Assembly: GCF_006345805.1 (NCBI RefSeq)
Contig: NC_043017.1
Span: 20,522,001-20,586,000 of the forward strand
DNA length: 64,000 nt
DNA from: Octopus sinensis
Lineage: Eukaryota
Reading direction: 5' to 3'
Position numbers and translations under genes: made by a program. Positions 13,981 to 26,466 of this stretch are shown piece by piece; within the stretch, counting starts at the first letter, position 1, and each line of letters starts with the position of its first letter. The notes below the pieces were generated by a model. It saw nothing but the letters and a program-made list of their open reading frames with translations. It was not told where the DNA came from and did not search any database.

Positions 13981-14023
13981 TTACAGTTGAAAAGGTATCA
14001 AATGACCGAAACCGGTACTGAAA
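13981..14023 (+). ncRNA. Minimal hammerhead ribozyme motif with U3:A8 core variant
   Basis: ttaCAG-TTGAAAA-GGT atcaaatg ACC-GAAA-CCGG-TA-CTGaaa. Helix I CAG/CTG, helix II GGT/ACC, palindrome ACCGGT, GTA triplet. The core is TTGAAAA instead of CTGANGA. Confidence 0.7.
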
Positions 14024-14068
14024 TGTTCTTTATAAAATTATTTTAGCATTTTCTATCTTGACTTGTCT

Positions 14069-14112
<44 letters not shown>

Positions 14113-14534
14113 GTCTTTGCATAATATATATTTATTTCTATGTTTTTGCTTCATTGTGTGTCATTGTGCGCATGTGTGTTTCTGTATCTGAGTGTATGCA
14201 ATACACATGCACCACATACACACACACACGCACACACACACACATTTAAATAACGTCTTTTATAGCTCCTAGCAATATTCTTCATCATTTCTTTTATGGT
14301 GACATTTATTGGTTTGCTGAAGTTCTATAAAAGCTGTAAGGATCTTTTCCCTCATCACATATTTCATAATATTTCATCACATATTTCATAATATAAATAT
14401 AACAGAGAAAAGGAGATGGAAAACATCAGATCTTAAACAAGTCTCTTCATAATCCCTCCACCTGCTAAGGATGTCAACAGAGAGATTAAGACAGAAAATA
14501 TCAGTTCTATATTTAAGAGATGAGGAATCATGTA

Positions 14535-14690
14535 CATTATTTACATTTGATGGATATTTGTCCTCATCTTGTTTGTTGTTAACACGTTTCGGCTGATATA
14601 CTCTCTAGCCTTCATCAGGTGTCTTGGGGAAATTTCAAACCTGGGTTCTCATTCCTAAGGTATTTTTCGACATTGTTGTTATTATTATTA
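14535..14690 (-). mobile_element. Penelope-like terminal repeat with damaged hammerhead motif
   Basis: Minus strand 14581-14623: gacac CTGATGA a GGCT...AGCC GAAA CGTGTT; helix III and cleavage site are disrupted. Confidence 0.5.
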
Positions 14691-15001
14691 TTATTATTGG
14701 TGGTGAGGTGGCAAAAACATTAGCATGCCGGGCGAATTGAACTCGGAAGCTTGTGGTTAGTATCCCACGTTTTTAACCACTACACCCACAGGCATATGGC
14801 ATAGTAGTTAAGAACTTTGCCAGATCAGATTGGAGACTGATGCAGCCTTCTGGCCTGCTAGTCCTCAGTCAAAAGCAGACGTTAAACAATAATGATATGA
14901 AGATATATATATAGGGAGTGTTTACGAAAAAAACAAAAGACGAAGACAGGTGGTGTACAAAACAAACAGATGTATTAGTATAACGCTCAGGAATAGAAAA
15001 A

Positions 15002-15043
15002 GTCTTTTACATTTCGAGCCAACGCTCTTCGACAGAAAGGGAC
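15002..15043 (-). ncRNA. Second copy of the A6U hammerhead-like family
   Basis: Minus strand: gtcccttt CTGTCGA a GAGC gttg GCTC GAAA TG TA aaagac; ACGT has decayed to ATGT. Confidence 0.5.
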
Positions 15044-15598
15044 ACAGAAAAAACAGGGAGGGAAAAAAATGTGTGTAGTGGCTATATATATATATATATA
15101 TATGAGTTATTAATTTGAATAATTTGGCAAAAGAGACCGATAGAATAGGCTTACAAAGAATTAGTCCTGGGGATTTGTTCAACTAAAGTTAGTGTACCAG
15201 CATGGCCGCAGTCAAATGACCGAAACAAATGAAAGAATAAAAGAATATATGTATACAAAAGGCTTCTTTAAGTTTCTGTCTACCAGATCCGCTCACAAGG
15301 TTTTGGTGGGCCAGGGCTATTGTAGAAGACACTTGCCCAAGATGGCATGGAGTGGGACTGAACTAGGAACTATGTGGTTGGGAAGCAAGCTTTCTACCAT
15401 AGCTCTGTCTGCACCTTAGTTTAATGATATTGCTACATCTCATATCCTGTTCAGATTTACTTTTCCCTGCATTTCTTGTTTATTGTTTGAATATTATCAA
15501 AAAAAAAAAAAAAAAAAAAATAATAATAAAAAGGCAAAAAAAAAACCTATTATTCTGTGATATCTGTTTCTTTATTTATCTTTATCGTGTTATTTCAG

Positions 15599-15632
15599 AT
15601 GAAGAAAACAGCAAAACACTGTTATATTGTCG
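15599..15632 (+). other. Candidate 34-bp exon
   Basis: Long pyrimidine tract ...tatttcag|ATGAAG...TGTCG|gtaaca. Confidence 0.3.
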
Positions 15633-17875
15633 GTAACACTGCAATAAAAATCTGGATGAATCAGAGGAAAATTTGGTAGAACCGCTGCTCAAAATACAAT
15701 ATAGTGAATCACCTACTGACAATTATGGTTGGCTTTTTTGTTTCATGTTTTGGACGGACAATTTCTTTGAGACGGTTTAGAAACGGTGAAAGATAAAAGG
15801 AAATCTGAGGCGTCGAAAATATAAAATTTAGAAGAAACACATTGAAAACCAAACGAAGTAAAATAAAATTAATCAAAAATATAAAAGTCTGATAATTTTG
15901 ACCAAAGATTAAAAACCAAGATAGTCAACGATTTGTCTGTAGATTTTTGGAGATCATAAGATTTACTCTGTCTGTAAAGAGTTTGCGCTGCATCTGTCTG
16001 CACATGTGTGTAGGTGTGAATGATATTTTTTTTACCTTTTATCTTTGGCTTGTTTCATTCATTGGACTGTGGCCATGCTGGGGCACTGCCTGGAAGAGTT
16101 TAGTCAAACAAACCAACTCCAGTACTTACTTTGCTTTTTAAAGCCCGGTAAATTCTGTCAGGCTATTTTAATGTCTGGTACAATATGTCAGGTACATGGC
16201 TTAGTAGTTAAAGGTATCTGGTTCACGATCATAAGGTTGTTAGTTCGATTCCTAGTGATGCACTGTGTCCTTGGGCAAGACACTTTATTTCTCATTGCTC
16301 CAGTTCACTCAGCTGGTAAAAATGAGTTGTACCTGTAATTCAAAGGGGCCAGCCTTGTCACACTCTGTGTCATGCTGACTCTCACTGAGCACTACGTTAA
16401 GGGTACATGTGTCTGTGGAGTGCTCAGCCACTTAATTTCATGAGCAGGCTATTTAATTTTTGGGGGCAACTAGAACACTTGTCATTTAACGGACAGAAAG
16501 TTATGGGGGTGGGTGGGTGGGATTCTCTCAGTTTCTTTTTGCTGAACTGCTAAATTACTGGGACACAAACAAACCAACACCAGTTGTCAAGTGGCAGGAC
16601 ACACACACACACACTTTATATATGCAATGGGCTTCCACTCAGTTTCCATCCACTATGTTCACCCACAAGATTTGGCCTGTAAAAGGGACTGATAAAATAG
16701 TAGCAGGAAAAAAAATCTTGGGTCGATTTGTTCACCTTTCAAAGTAGTGCTCCAGCATGGTCACACTCAAACAACTAAAAGAAAGTCAATACCCAAAGAA
16801 ACTAGGGTTAGAGTAGAAAACATTTGCCCAAGGTGGGATTGAACCGGAGGCCACATATTCCCAAAGCAAGCTTCTTAACCACACAACCATGCCTGTGCCT
16901 AGGGTTAGTAGTAAAAAAAAAAAAAAAGTTAAATAGAAACAGAAAAAAACCCCCTTTATTTATATATCACATTTTGCCCCAAAGAGAAAAATCCTGGCTG
17001 TATTATATTTCCATGTTTTATATCCTGGTTGCTGCAAGACAAGTTGGTAAATTCCTCTGGGTGGTGACCTACCCCATTGACTGGAAAGATCAGCAGTTCA
17101 CAGTCCCATCGTAAGCACAGTCCTACGTTTGCTTGCACCATTGACAAAGACAATTAAAAAACGCAACATCCCAGCTGTATTGTCCAAACAGACACAGCTC
17201 ACTGCGGCAAAGAGCAGAAACACTGCATAATTGATGATCGTTTTACAAGTATGCTGTGCTGTGTTAAAATATTCCCTTCAGGGTCAAAAACAGACAAGCA
17301 AATAATAAAAAAAAAACAACCCTTCTTAAAACCATTGTAAGGAACTGGCAACTAGTCAAATGAGGGCAGTGGGCAGGTGTCTGCAAACATTTAAGGCCAG
17401 CAAAATTATCATAAGATTTGACACATATTAACACCCATCCAGTATTTCCGTTTCTGTTTTCGTTTCTGTTAATTTTTACGTCTTCTTGTGGTGTCCTGTA
17501 CGTATATATATTTATATATGCATGTATATATACATGTAGATGTCGGTACGTACATATATGTTTGTATGTATGCATATATTTTATTTATTACACTATATCT
17601 TGAAAGATATATCGTCGATTCAATGACCTTTAGATGACTTAGATTAGTCTTATTAGAGGTGACCTGGATTATTACAGCCTGACGATAATTTTCCAGTAAG
17701 GGTCGTTTCAAATTTTGGAACAAGGCCGGCAATTTTTTAAGGGTTAATTTAGGGCTGTCAGTATGTGTGAGTGAATTTGGTAGATAAGAAATTGTGTGGG
17801 AGACTTTCATGTGTGTATGTGTGTATATGTGCTTGTGTGTGTATATGCGCTTGTGTGTATATATGTGCGTATATA

Positions 17876-17915
<40 letters not shown>

Positions 17916-18164
17916 AATGTGTGGATGTGTGTTTTGGTGCTTGACTCTCTGCCTCATCACTTGAACACCAGGGCTGGTTTGTTTAGATCCCTGTGACTTA
18001 GTAGCTCAGAGAAAGGGGCTGATAAAACAAGACACATGATGATGATAATGATGATGATGGTGATAGTGATGATAATGACAATGATGATGATGATGATGGC
18101 GATAATGATGATGATGAAGATGATGTGTTATTGGATGCTCAGGAAAGAAAAAAAAAGAAAGAAG

Positions 18165-18199
18165 ATTTCACGTTTCGAGCAGAGCTCTTCATCAGAAAT
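18165..18199 (-). ncRNA. Minimal hammerhead motif with canonical core and a GTG triplet
   Basis: Minus strand: ATTT CTGATGA A GAGC tct GCTC GAAA CG TG AAAT; flank (gctcagga) is related to the 15.0/22.4 kb family. Confidence 0.55.
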
Positions 18200-18281
18200 A
18201 TAGGAAAAGTCCAAAGAAGGGAATTCAGAGAAAGAAAATCGCCAACGATACACACGCAATCACATCTATATACACACATAC

Positions 18282-18349
<68 letters not shown>

Positions 18350-18369
18350 TATGTATATATATATGTATG

Positions 18370-18400
<31 letters not shown>

Positions 18401-18675
18401 GTATATATATATTGTGTATATATATATATATATATGTATAGATATATATATATGTATATATATATATATATGTGGGTGTTGTGTGTGTGTGTATATTATA
18501 TATATAATATATATATAGACACATATATACAGTGACACCAGCAATATATAACATATACACATACATTCATATATATATGTGTGTGTGTGGTGCATATACT
18601 ATCGTAATTCTGTTTATTAATTCGACAGAAAACAATGTAACCGTAGAACTTCTGTTTATACACTTGCATATACAG

Positions 18676-18707
<32 letters not shown>

Positions 18708-19223
18708 TCTCTCACACACACACACACACACGCACACACACGTTCCATAGTAATTCTATTTCTTAATACAATATAAAGAAATGTAACAGAATTGCTTCGG
18801 TTTGTATTAAGTTTTATAATCTATCAAAGCCACCCCCGCCCACCCCCTATTATTTATATAATCCTATCCTAGATCTTACCAGCCAGGCTCTCTTTCTTTC
18901 TCGTTGACATATCTAGGGGCCCTGAAAGCTCCTTACATTCAAACATCATCATTGTATTTCTTCTCAAACAGCCAGCTGTACACCCCCTGGCACGTGGATG
19001 TGCTTACACCCCCCACCCCACCCACCCTCCTCTTTTCTTTTCCTCCCACCCCACCCTCCTCTGACTCCCATGTCTTGTTTGTTTGTTTTAAGTCTTTTTT
19101 TCTTCATTGCCTTATTCAGATTTCGCTTTCACCCAGCTGTTTTCTTCTCTCTCCATGTCATGGTATTTAACCCCAGGTAAACCGTCACCTGGCAGATTGA
19201 TGATCAAAGTTGTTCCTCTCATG

Positions 19224-19288
<65 letters not shown>

Positions 19289-19635
19289 TTCTTCTTCTTC
19301 TTCTTCTTCTAAAGGCATGCTCTTCCTGCCATCTTCTATTTATTATAAATTCGTGTGTTTCCAGACTATGTTATATATTTGATCTTTTACTTGTTTCAGT
19401 TATTAGACTGTGGCCATACTGGAGCACTGCCTTAAAGAACTTTTCGTCAAACAAATTGAATCCATAATTGCAATTAAAAATTTTTTTTTAAGCTTGGTAC
19501 TTATTCTTTTGATCCCTTTTACTGCACTGCTAAGTCATGGAGGTATAAACATACCAACACTGGTTGTTACGCAATGGTGGGGGACAAACACAAAAACAAA
19601 CACACATGCACACACATAAATGTATGCATATATAC

Positions 19636-19667
<32 letters not shown>

Positions 19668-21439
19668 ACATACATATGCTGTGCTTGAGAAGACATGTCA
19701 AGCCAAGTGAAATCATAGTCATGGCAGATGCTGGTGTCACATAAGTGGCACCCATGCCGGTGGCACGTAAAGAGCACCTTTCAAGTGTTGGACCTCTTGG
19801 AGGCAAAGTGTCTAAGTTCCTTTCGAGCATTGGGCCTCATGAAGGCAAAATGGTTGAGTTCCTTTCAAGTGTTGGACCTTTCAGAGGCAATGACTAAGAC
19901 CTTTGGCACTGTGTTGTGCCTGAGAAGAAGACCCATCAAGCAGAGCAAAATCACATTTGTGACAGGTGCCGGTGTCACGCAAATGGCACCCATGTCAGTG
20001 GCATGTAAAATTAGCCCAGAGAGGTTGGCGATAGGAAGGGCACCTGGCCATAGAAAACCATGCCAGATCAGATTGGAGTCTGGTGCAGCGTTCCAGCTTA
20101 CCAGCTCTGGTCAAACTGTCCAACCCATGCCAGTATGGACAACAAACATTAAATGATGATGACGATGATGATGATGAGATATATATATATATATATATGA
20201 AATTTAGTAAAGTATTATTACCATAATTAAAAATAATAATAATAATAATAAAGAGACCAGCAAGTTTAACCTATATAGGTAAAATATACAAATAATTTAG
20301 GGTACCTGAATACCATTTGCTAGAAATCCTTAAGAACTAACACACAAAAGGTGGAAACAATTGATATCAATGTATCTGTTCTTACTTTGTAGACCTATTT
20401 TTATTATATTCATCACATTCACCAGGCATGTTACTTTATAGTGTATGTATATATATGTGTGTGTGTGTGTGTGCGTGTATATATATATGTACATATTTAT
20501 ACATACATATATATATGCACATATATACAAACACACACACATATATATATATATATACACATACATATTCACACATACACATATATGCAAATACACACAC
20601 AAATATACATATACTTACATATATAAACACATACACACATATATACATAAATGTATATACAAGTACATATACACATATAAATACATATATATACATACAT
20701 CTCTCTCTCTCTCTCTCTTTCTACCTATACAAATACACACACACACATATACATGCACACAGATATACACACATGTATGTAATGTATATTGGAGGAAATG
20801 TTTGTACAGCTGGATTCCCAGCCTACAGCTGGCCATTCAACCATGAAGTGGTGGTGGTGGTGGTGGTAAAACCTTATTTTGTGTTCAGTCAAGCATAATG
20901 GACTGAGCAAGTATATTGGCCAGTGGTGGTCATTGTTGCTATTGATATTGTTGTTTAGCTCCAGAGGTCAGCCTGGAACAAGCAAACCTAGGATCAAAAG
21001 CATTCCAGCTATGACCATCCATGCTTTCTCTCTCTCTTTTTATTATTTTTTTTTGGTTTTTGTTTCAGGCATTGTGTACCTCAGAATACATTAATGAATG
21101 TATCCATTTTTTTCTTCATGATGTTAGGGTGTGGTTTGTGATTGATCAGCCTTTCCTAAATCAGTGACCACAACACAATATCTGGGGTAATAAGAGCTGA
21201 TATTATGAAATTACAACCAGGTGGTGAAGAATACAACCTCTGGGTAGAAAGGGGTGGCTTGAAAAAAAAAACGAAGTAGAAAAAAGGGGTTAACAAATAG
21301 ATTATGTATTTTATTAGATCAATGCTTTGCAACTTAAGGGTACAAAATGTGGGAGACTTTCATGTGTGTGTTTGTGTGTGTATATGTGCTTGTGTGTATA
21401 TATGTGCGTATATTCTTTTCAGGGATTGTTGAGAATAGA

Positions 21440-21810
21440 AGTAGGTGTGGCTGTGTGGTAAGAAGTTTGCTTCCTGAACACATGGATCTGGGTTCAGTCC
21501 CACTGTGTGGCACCTAAGGCAAGCATCTTCTGCAACAGCTTTGGGCCGACCAAAAGCTAGTAAGTGGACTTTGTAGAGAGAAACTGAAAGAAGCTCATTG
21601 CATGTGTGTGTGTGTTGTTATGTTTGTGTTCCTCACCACCACCTGGTAACCGGTGTTGGTATGTTTACATCCCTGTGACTTAGCAGTTTGGTAAAGGGGC
21701 CCAATAAAATAAACACCAGGCTTTGACTCATTTGACTGAAAATTCTTCAAACCGATGCCCCAGCATGGCCACAGTCTAATGACTGACACAAGTAAAGGAT
21801 TAAAGATAAG
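21440..21810 (+). mobile_element. SINE family A, diverged copy (others at 70-275, 4640-4805, 10603-10990, 13025-13340, 15130-15415, 16520-16900, 19385-19600, 28010-28380, 38150-38705, 45110-45420)
   Basis: Same head (GGCTGTGTGGTAAG...GGTTCAGTCCCACTG) and tail (CAGCATGGCCACAGTC) motifs. Confidence 0.75.
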
Positions 21811-22353
21811 AGAATTCAAATTAAACTTCAATTACCTTCAAATACCACCACAGAAAATTAACGGAAGAGTGTTTGGTAATTCTTCTCTTCTACCCCACCT
21901 TCTTTGTTTTTTCTCTCCTCCTCTTCCTTGTTTTCTTCCCCTCCTCTTCTTTTTCCCCCTCATGTGTCGTGACACAATTGCTGTTGTTTGTTTCCATTTT
22001 TTCCCCAAAAATATGCTTTTGGCCATGGAAAAATGTTACAGTGCTTGGAAAGAGATGGGGGTTGGTGACAGGAGAAGCATCCAGCCGTAGAAAAATCTGG
22101 CTCAATAAATTTCATTTGACTCATGAAAGCATGGAAAAGCAGGCATTAAGATTACAGACAGACAGACAGATATACTCTAATGGAATAGTGTATATGTCCA
22201 CATCCATTAATATATGTGTGTGGAGAGAGAGAGAGAGAGAAGGACAGAGACAGGTGGATGAATAGACAACGTACAGACATATATATATATGATAGATTGT
22301 TAGCCACTACACACATTTTTTTCTCTCCTTGTTTCTCTCCTTGATTTTTCTGT

Positions 22354-22395
22354 GTCCCTTTCTGTAGAAGAGCGTAGGCTCGAAACGTAAAAGAC
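22354..22395 (+). ncRNA. Minimal hammerhead-like motif with A6U core (PLE-terminal repeat family)
   Basis: gtccCTTT CTGTAGA A GAGC gtag GCTC GAAA CG TA AAAG ac. Palindromic ACGT helix III; helix I CTTT/AAAG. Confidence 0.58.
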
Positions 22396-22556
22396 TTTTT
22401 CTATTCCTGAGCGTTATACTAATACATCTGTTTGTTTTGTACACCACCTGTCTTCATCTTTTGTTTTTTGCGTAAACTCTCCCAATATATATATATATAT
22501 GTATGTATGTATGTATGTATAAAGATATATAAACAGACAGACGGAAAGATAGATAA

Positions 22557-22688
<132 letters not shown>

Positions 22689-22865
22689 GGATAAATAGAT
22701 AGATAGATAAATAGATATACATAACATAAATATATTATTTCCCACCAGAATTTCCATCCTGAAGCACACTAATATGTCACAGAACTTCATTATTGCTCAC
22801 AGACCCATCTTCTATTCATGTCACCTCATCTTCCTTCTACTTCCTTGTCTTTGTTGTTTTCACAG

Positions 22866-23023
22866 AAGAGTCCGGGTGGGAGGAGATTGGGAGTTGCTTC
22901 TAATAGTTGCCTGTTGTCTCATAACTGATTTAAGTCCCTTGATGCTGACAAGACTATTCCAAGACAATCAAATTGGATGCTGTTGTTTGTAAGAGTGGTT
23001 TAAAAGCTCTTCAATACACAATG
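22866..23023 (+). other. Candidate exon, probably non-coding or terminal
   Basis: Strong pyrimidine tract ...gttttcacag|AAGAG; possible donors TTT|gtaaga (22988) and ATG|gtacgt (23023). Confidence 0.3.
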
Positions 23024-24074
23024 GTACGTTTAAAGAAAGCCGACGTAGCCATCGGAGCTAGAATTTCTTCTCCAATGACAAACAACAAATGCAGTGTAGT
23101 TCTTCATCTTCTTCTTTGAATCTCTGGCTTCTTTGCATTGCTGGCAAAATCTACTTTCACTTTTAAATTGAACTGTCTAAGTAAAATAGGCGTAATTAAG
23201 TGTACAAATGTGTGTCAGTGTGTATGTCAGAATGTGTGTATGTGTGTGGTGTGTGTGTGGGTTTGTGTCTAAGATTTGTGTGTGTATGTATGCGGGGATG
23301 TGTCTAAGTTTTGTAGGGGTCTGTGTGTGTGTGTGTTTCTGGCTATGTGTACCTGTGCGTGTGGTTTGATGTGAGTTTAAATCTGTGTGAGTATGTGTGC
23401 ACTCACGCGTGTTTGTATATGGATGTTTGTCTGTGTGCGTACATGTGTGTATGTATGCGTATGTGTGAACATGTTTCTCACTAAACATGTGTATGCGCAT
23501 GTGCGGTTCAGTGTGGGTCAAAATATGTGTGGTTTTACGTGAATTATGCATGTCGATGTGTGTGTGTGGGGCACGAGTGTGTTCGCTTGCTTGTGTATGT
23601 GTGTGTGTATGTGTGTGTGTTTGTGTACATACATGTATTCATATAAATGCATGTATGAATGGTTGTATAACTTTCACTTAATTTACATATACTTAAATTT
23701 ATATATGAGCGTTCATGGAAGCATATAAGAGTGTATCTATATGCATTTACATGTATTTATATCTCAGTATCTGTTTGTGTACATAGCTACACGTATATAT
23801 ATGTGTATATACAAATGTGTGCATCAGTGTATGTGTGCAGTCAATTTGCATATAGGTAAATGTGCATTTGTGTGTGTTTTATACATTTGCATAAATGTGC
23901 GTATGTTTATATCTATGTGTGCATATGTGTATGTGTGTGTGTGTGTATGAGTGTGTTTGTTAATTACATGCATGTATGAATGTATGTATAACTTGAATCA
24001 AATTTACATATAATTAAATATTTGTATGTGTGTTTGTGTATACGTGTATATGTATATATGTATACAGAATAGAA

Positions 24075-24430
24075 GTGCAATGGCCCAGTGGTTAGGGCAG
24101 CGGTTTTGCAGTCGTAGGATCACGGTTTAAATTTTCAGACCAGGCGTTGTGTTTATTGAGCAAAAGCCCCTAAAGCTCCATGAGCCTCTGGCAGGGGGTC
24201 ATGGCGAGCCCTGCTGTACTCTTTCACCACAACTTTCTCTCACCCTTTCTTCCTGTTTCTGTTGTACCTGCATTTCTAAGGAGCCAGGCCAACCTTGTGA
24301 CACACTGCGTCATGCTGAATCTCCCCGAGGACTACGTTAAGGGTACACATGTCTGTGGAGTGCTCAGCCAGGCTGTTCTGTTGATCGGCTCAACTGGAAC
24401 CCCCGTCGGCGTAACTGACGGAGTGCCACC
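24075..24430 (+). mobile_element. SINE family D (tRNA head, CORE/V-like GTCCTTGAGCAAGACAC-type motif); others at 16195-16495, 30695-30985, 61320-61510(-), 61745-61830(-)
   Basis: tRNA-like head GGCCCAGTGGTTAGGGCAG...; shared body CTACGTTAAGGGTACAC.TGTCTGTGGAGTGCTCAGCCA. Confidence 0.8.
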
Positions 24431-25222
24431 ATGTATACAGAAGTATGTCAGTATTTATCCTTCAGTGAATTTTCACATAAATAAGCATATGTGTGTGTGT
24501 GTGTGTGTGTGTATTTGTATGTATCTGTGTGTGTGAATGTTTGAATGAGCATGATTCTGTGTATGAATGTATAGATGTAGGTGTGTTAGTGTATATCTAC
24601 GGTGACTTCACTGACGAGTGAGTGTGTATGTCTATATTGTGTTCATATGTGTGAGTACGTATTGTGCATTTGAGTGTTATGTATTACATGTATATGTGTG
24701 TGTTTTATGTGCTGTGTATAATATGTATTGTGTACTTTCCTATGTTTTGGTATTCCCCACAGAAAAGACATATTAACATTACATTTAAACAACTCAAGCA
24801 TATATACATGCATGAGAGTGTGCATACATACACACATATACACACACATACATATATACATGCATACATATGTATATGCAAACGTATATATATATGTATG
24901 TATGTATATATGTATATTTATATATATAAATACACACTAGTACCAGTTTCAAGCAATGGTGGGGGAGGCAAACACACACACACACACACACAAATGGAAA
25001 AGTAGAGGCAAGTGAGAGAGATGATATATATACATATAGTTAAGTAAGATTTGTGTAAATATCCTGTGCAATGGTATGCAAAGCTTGTCCACAGTTATTG
25101 GCTACCTGGTATCATCATGGGTCTAAGATAATGATTACATAACATCTCACCAATTAAAGGTGCAAAAGTGTGTTGAAACAATTGTAGTGATTTTAGATAA
25201 AGAATATCATCAATTCTGCCTG

Positions 25223-25262
<40 letters not shown>

Positions 25263-26085
25263 CATACACACACATACTTGTCATACCAAGAATTAGAACA
25301 CCTGTAATGATAGTATCAGGTCATTCAGGATTGACCTAGGTTTAAACAACAATACCGTAATAGGAAACATGCTACCAAGGCCTAATCTCCATGCTTTCAT
25401 TTTCAAGAACTTCCTATAAATTTTACATACATATATATATATATATCATATATATATATATATGTGTGCGGTGTGTGTGTGTGTGTGTGTGTATGCACAT
25501 GCACTTATATATACACACACATACACATGCAGACACATACATGCATATTTAGCATGAAGATCAACTGCAGCAGCAGCAACAGCAACAGCATAATCATCAT
25601 CATCATCAGCAGCAGCAGCAAGTGCCCCTGAAGACGCAGCATCAGCAGCAATAAGATGGTGCAGTAACTGCCGCCTTGTTGTCTGGTTTCCATAACAATG
25701 CATAAAATAATGCAAAGAAAAAAACATAGGTTCTGTATGGAATAGTTTAGATTTATAATCTGTTCCTATGGAAACCAGGGATATGTGTTTTCTGGAGTGG
25801 AGAAAGTGGAGTCATCATCATCACCATCGTCATCATCAGCGTCATGATCATTCTTTTTTTGTTTTATTCTGTTATTTGTTTTAGTCATTTGACTGCGACC
25901 ATGCTGGAGCACCCCCTTTAGTCGAAGAAATCAACCAGTAAACTTATTCTTTGTAAGCCTAGTACTTATTCTATTGGTTTCATTTGCTGAACCACTAAGT
26001 TACGTAGATGTTAATACACCATTGGTTGTCAAGCGATGACAGTGGGACAAACACACCCACACCCACACACACAAATATATACTCT

Positions 26086-26466
26086 TTTTACTTGTTTCAG
26101 TCATTTGACTGTGGCCATGCTGGAGCACCGCCTTTAGTCGAGCAAATCGACCCCGGAACTTATTCTTTGTAAGCCCAGTACTTATTCTATCGGTTTCTTT
26201 TGCCGAACCGCTAAGTGATGGGGACGTAAACACACCAGCATCGGTTGTTAGGCAATGCTAGGGGGACAAACACAGACACACAAACACACACATATATGTA
26301 TATATATATACATATATACGACAGGCTTCTTTCAGTTTCCGTCTACCAAATCCACTCACAAGGCTTTGGTCGGCCCGAGGCTATAGCAGAAGACACTTGC
26401 CCAAGATGCCACGCAGTGGGACTGAACCCGGAACCAGGTTGTTGGTTAGCAAGCTACTTACCACAC
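26086..26466 (-). mobile_element. SINE family A, near full length, flanked by partial copies (25870-26085, 26467-26595)
   Basis: Colinear high similarity to 7029-7451. Confidence 0.88.

Larger units (their letters stand above)
12681..14078. repeat. Inverted repeat pair (about 205-bp arms) around a 1-kb SINE-rich spacer
   Basis: 12681-12890 is the reverse complement of 13880-14078 at high identity; each arm carries a U3:A8 hammerhead motif. Confidence 0.9.

Noticed and set aside
15586-15640. Possible decayed hammerhead overlapping the 34-bp exon candidate
   Set aside because: U4 and G12 are changed and helix II is absent; too degenerate to call.
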